DNA of 63,691 nucleotides, counting the filler, from Dicyema japonicum (Eukaryota > Animalia > Dicyemida), in assembly GCA_011109175.1 (NCBI GenBank). It is 10 parts of 10 records of this genome, joined end to end, with 100 filler letters (N's around TTAATTAATTAA, not from the genome) between each part and the next. Parts side by side here need not be neighbours in the genome. Positions count along the whole stretch, not along the records: positions 59,219 to 63,691 come from RDEW01000311.1; 9 more parts are not named here. The stretch is one strand, 5' to 3'. Below the pieces are notes generated by a model, which saw only the letters and a list, made by a program, of their open reading frames with translations, searched no databases and was not told where the DNA came from. Position numbers and translations under genes: made by a program. Each line of letters opens with the position of its first letter. Within the stretch, counting starts at the first letter, position 1. Positions 62,084 through 63,691 of the stretch are shown piece after piece.

Positions 62084-62155
62084 TGCCCAAGGTCGGAATT
62101 GAACCAACGACCTTTAGATCTTCAGTCTAACGCTCTCCCACTGAGCTACTTGGGC
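62084..62155 (-). tRNA. tRNA-Phe (GAA), intronless
   Basis: GCCCAAG TA GCTC AGTGGGA GAGC G TTAGA CTGAAGA TCTAA AGGTC GTTGG TTCAATT CCGAC CTTGGGC A: full cloverleaf, no encoded CCA. Confidence 0.95.
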
Positions 62156-62195
62156 TTGTTTTATTCTGTGTGATTTTAACCAGTCAATTACGCAG

Positions 62196-62469
62196 ATTGA
62201 CCGTATCTTGCGTGGTCATTGTTATTTCCACAAAATCTCGGTGATTCAATTCAAATAGTAACAAATCATATGTTGGTTGAGTATTATTAACAATAATAGT
62301 CGATGCAGACGGCATTCCACGAGACATCATTCAAAAATACTGTTAAAGCGTTGCAGATAATAATTATTTTGATAATTATAATAATTTTTAAAAATAATAT
62401 TAATTTATTTGCGATTTCTAATCAAAATTGGTCCTTTATGATTTTAAGACGCTAAAAAATGATATCGCC
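62196..62469 (-). mobile_element. Merlin left end (complete TIR plus transposase start)
   Basis: Reverse complement of about 59240-59415, plus TIR GGCGATATCATTTTTTAGCGTCTTAAAATCATAA matching the 60155-60244 TIR. Start reads MMSRGMPSASTII. Confidence 0.85.
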
Positions 62470-62480
62470 ATAATGTAAAG

Positions 62481-63110
62481 CAGGGTTGTTTGATTTAAAT
62501 CATTTGATTTTAATCAACAAAAAAAATCAATGATTTAAATCATTAAAAAATCAAAAAAATCATTGTTGGTAGAAATTGTTTAAATTGATTTAATGTCTGG
62601 TAGAGCGCGTGATTCCTTGTGAGTTCATTTCGATAAACATATTATTCGTGGAAAGACTGTCAGTCGAGCCAGATTCCGTAATTGCTGAAAGTGGTTTAAT
62701 CAGCGAATTGCCCCTGAGGATGATGGACCAATCATTAATCAATTTCGTTACTACGATGACGTTATCGAAAAAAAATTTGATAGATATGCAACTCGCTAGA
62801 TACGTATATTCCACTAACACTCCTTTTGCTGCTGTAGTACATCTCGAATTTGTTCAATTTGTCCAAATGCTTCTTCCTGGCTATCGTTTACCTTCTTGTC
62901 ATCAAATTGGTGGTCCATTGCTCGATCGAGTGTACGATCAACTACATGAGGACTGTCGACAAAGACTCCAGGACTAAACAGTGTCTATTATGCTGGATGG
63001 GTGGAGTAACATTCATAATGAACCTGTTATTTGTGTTTCGGTTGAAACATCGGATGGAGAAAGCTATCTAATTGACACTGTGGACACCTCTGGACACAGT
63101 CTGCCGATTC
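62481..63110 (+). mobile_element. hAT transposon 5' part (DUF659-type), disrupted
   Basis: Terminus CAGGGTTGTTTGATTTAAATCA with ATTTAAATCA repeats. LARYVYSTNTPF..YRLPS...Q D*TVSIMLDGWSN. Confidence 0.8.
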
Positions 63111-63299
63111 GTTTCCAAAATTACCAAGTCAAGGAACGGCGACAAATGCATAGTGCACTGAATTTATGAATTCTCGGATTATTATTAAAAACCACGTCCA
63201 CAGAACCAAAGAACGTTATGTTAACTAAAGCTCCGTTTGTGCCACACGTTCCATCATCTGCTTCACAGGGCGTATCCATCGCCCTCTGCTTTGCGCATC

Positions 63300-63610
63300 T
63301 GTCCATAGATCTTCTATTTAAGATTTCTTCTAATCCCATAAAGATCCTTGTTCAGAGCCACGGGTAGAGTGACTCTATATCTTTCTCTGAATGATGGTTT
63401 GTTCTCATTGTTAAAGTAATTGTCAATTATTATATTTGCAGGGGCGTTTATGTCCATTCTGAGCACGTGCCCGAACAGTCTCAACCTTGATTCAATAATG
63501 TCGATGCTTATTGGCCTCAATTGTGCCACAGAGTATAATTTCTTTAGATATGTTTTTATTAGTTTTCGTAGACTCCAGAGAAAGAAATCGCACTGTCAAG
63601 GAGATTAGAA
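63300..63610 (-). mobile_element. RTE-like LINE 3' fragment
   Basis: SRLRLFGHVLRMDINAPANIIIDNYF...FRERYRVTLPVALNKDL. Confidence 0.7.
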
Positions 63611-63691
63611 GGAGGAAAAACGAAATTTATGTCAAGAGAAGTTGGGATACGGAACGCAAATGTTTCGAGCAGTTCGTCTTTTGCAAAGGGG

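Overview
AT-rich, transposon-dense eukaryotic nuclear DNA from a draft assembly. It has nine 100-bp pseudo-gaps carrying a TTAATTAATTAA linker, four sized N gaps and many contig-overlap duplications, so adjacency across gaps is not guaranteed. Most of the window is degenerate mobile DNA: about 13 R4/Dong-like and 8 CRE-like RLE non-LTR fragments, RTE and Jockey/I-like LINEs, hAT (including Buster), Tc1, Merlin and Ginger-like integrases. The host genes are animal-type: a C-type lectin, an FHL/Limpet-like LIM protein, a Sulfotransfer_2 carbohydrate sulfotransferase and tRNA-Phe(GAA). Main observations: (1) five host genes, largely missed by the ORF track, read through only after removing 21-32 nt GT-AG introns, which suggests a highly reduced animal such as a dicyemid (inference); three of these genes encode proteins I cannot assign to a family. 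(2) Excising a complete Buster element in silico restores a LINE ORF with a viral-type 2A/StopGo motif fused to the APE endonuclease. (3) Two oppositely oriented Merlin ends share one 9-bp TSD, implying an inversion around the tRNA gene. All family calls are motif recognition by eye; no database searches were run.
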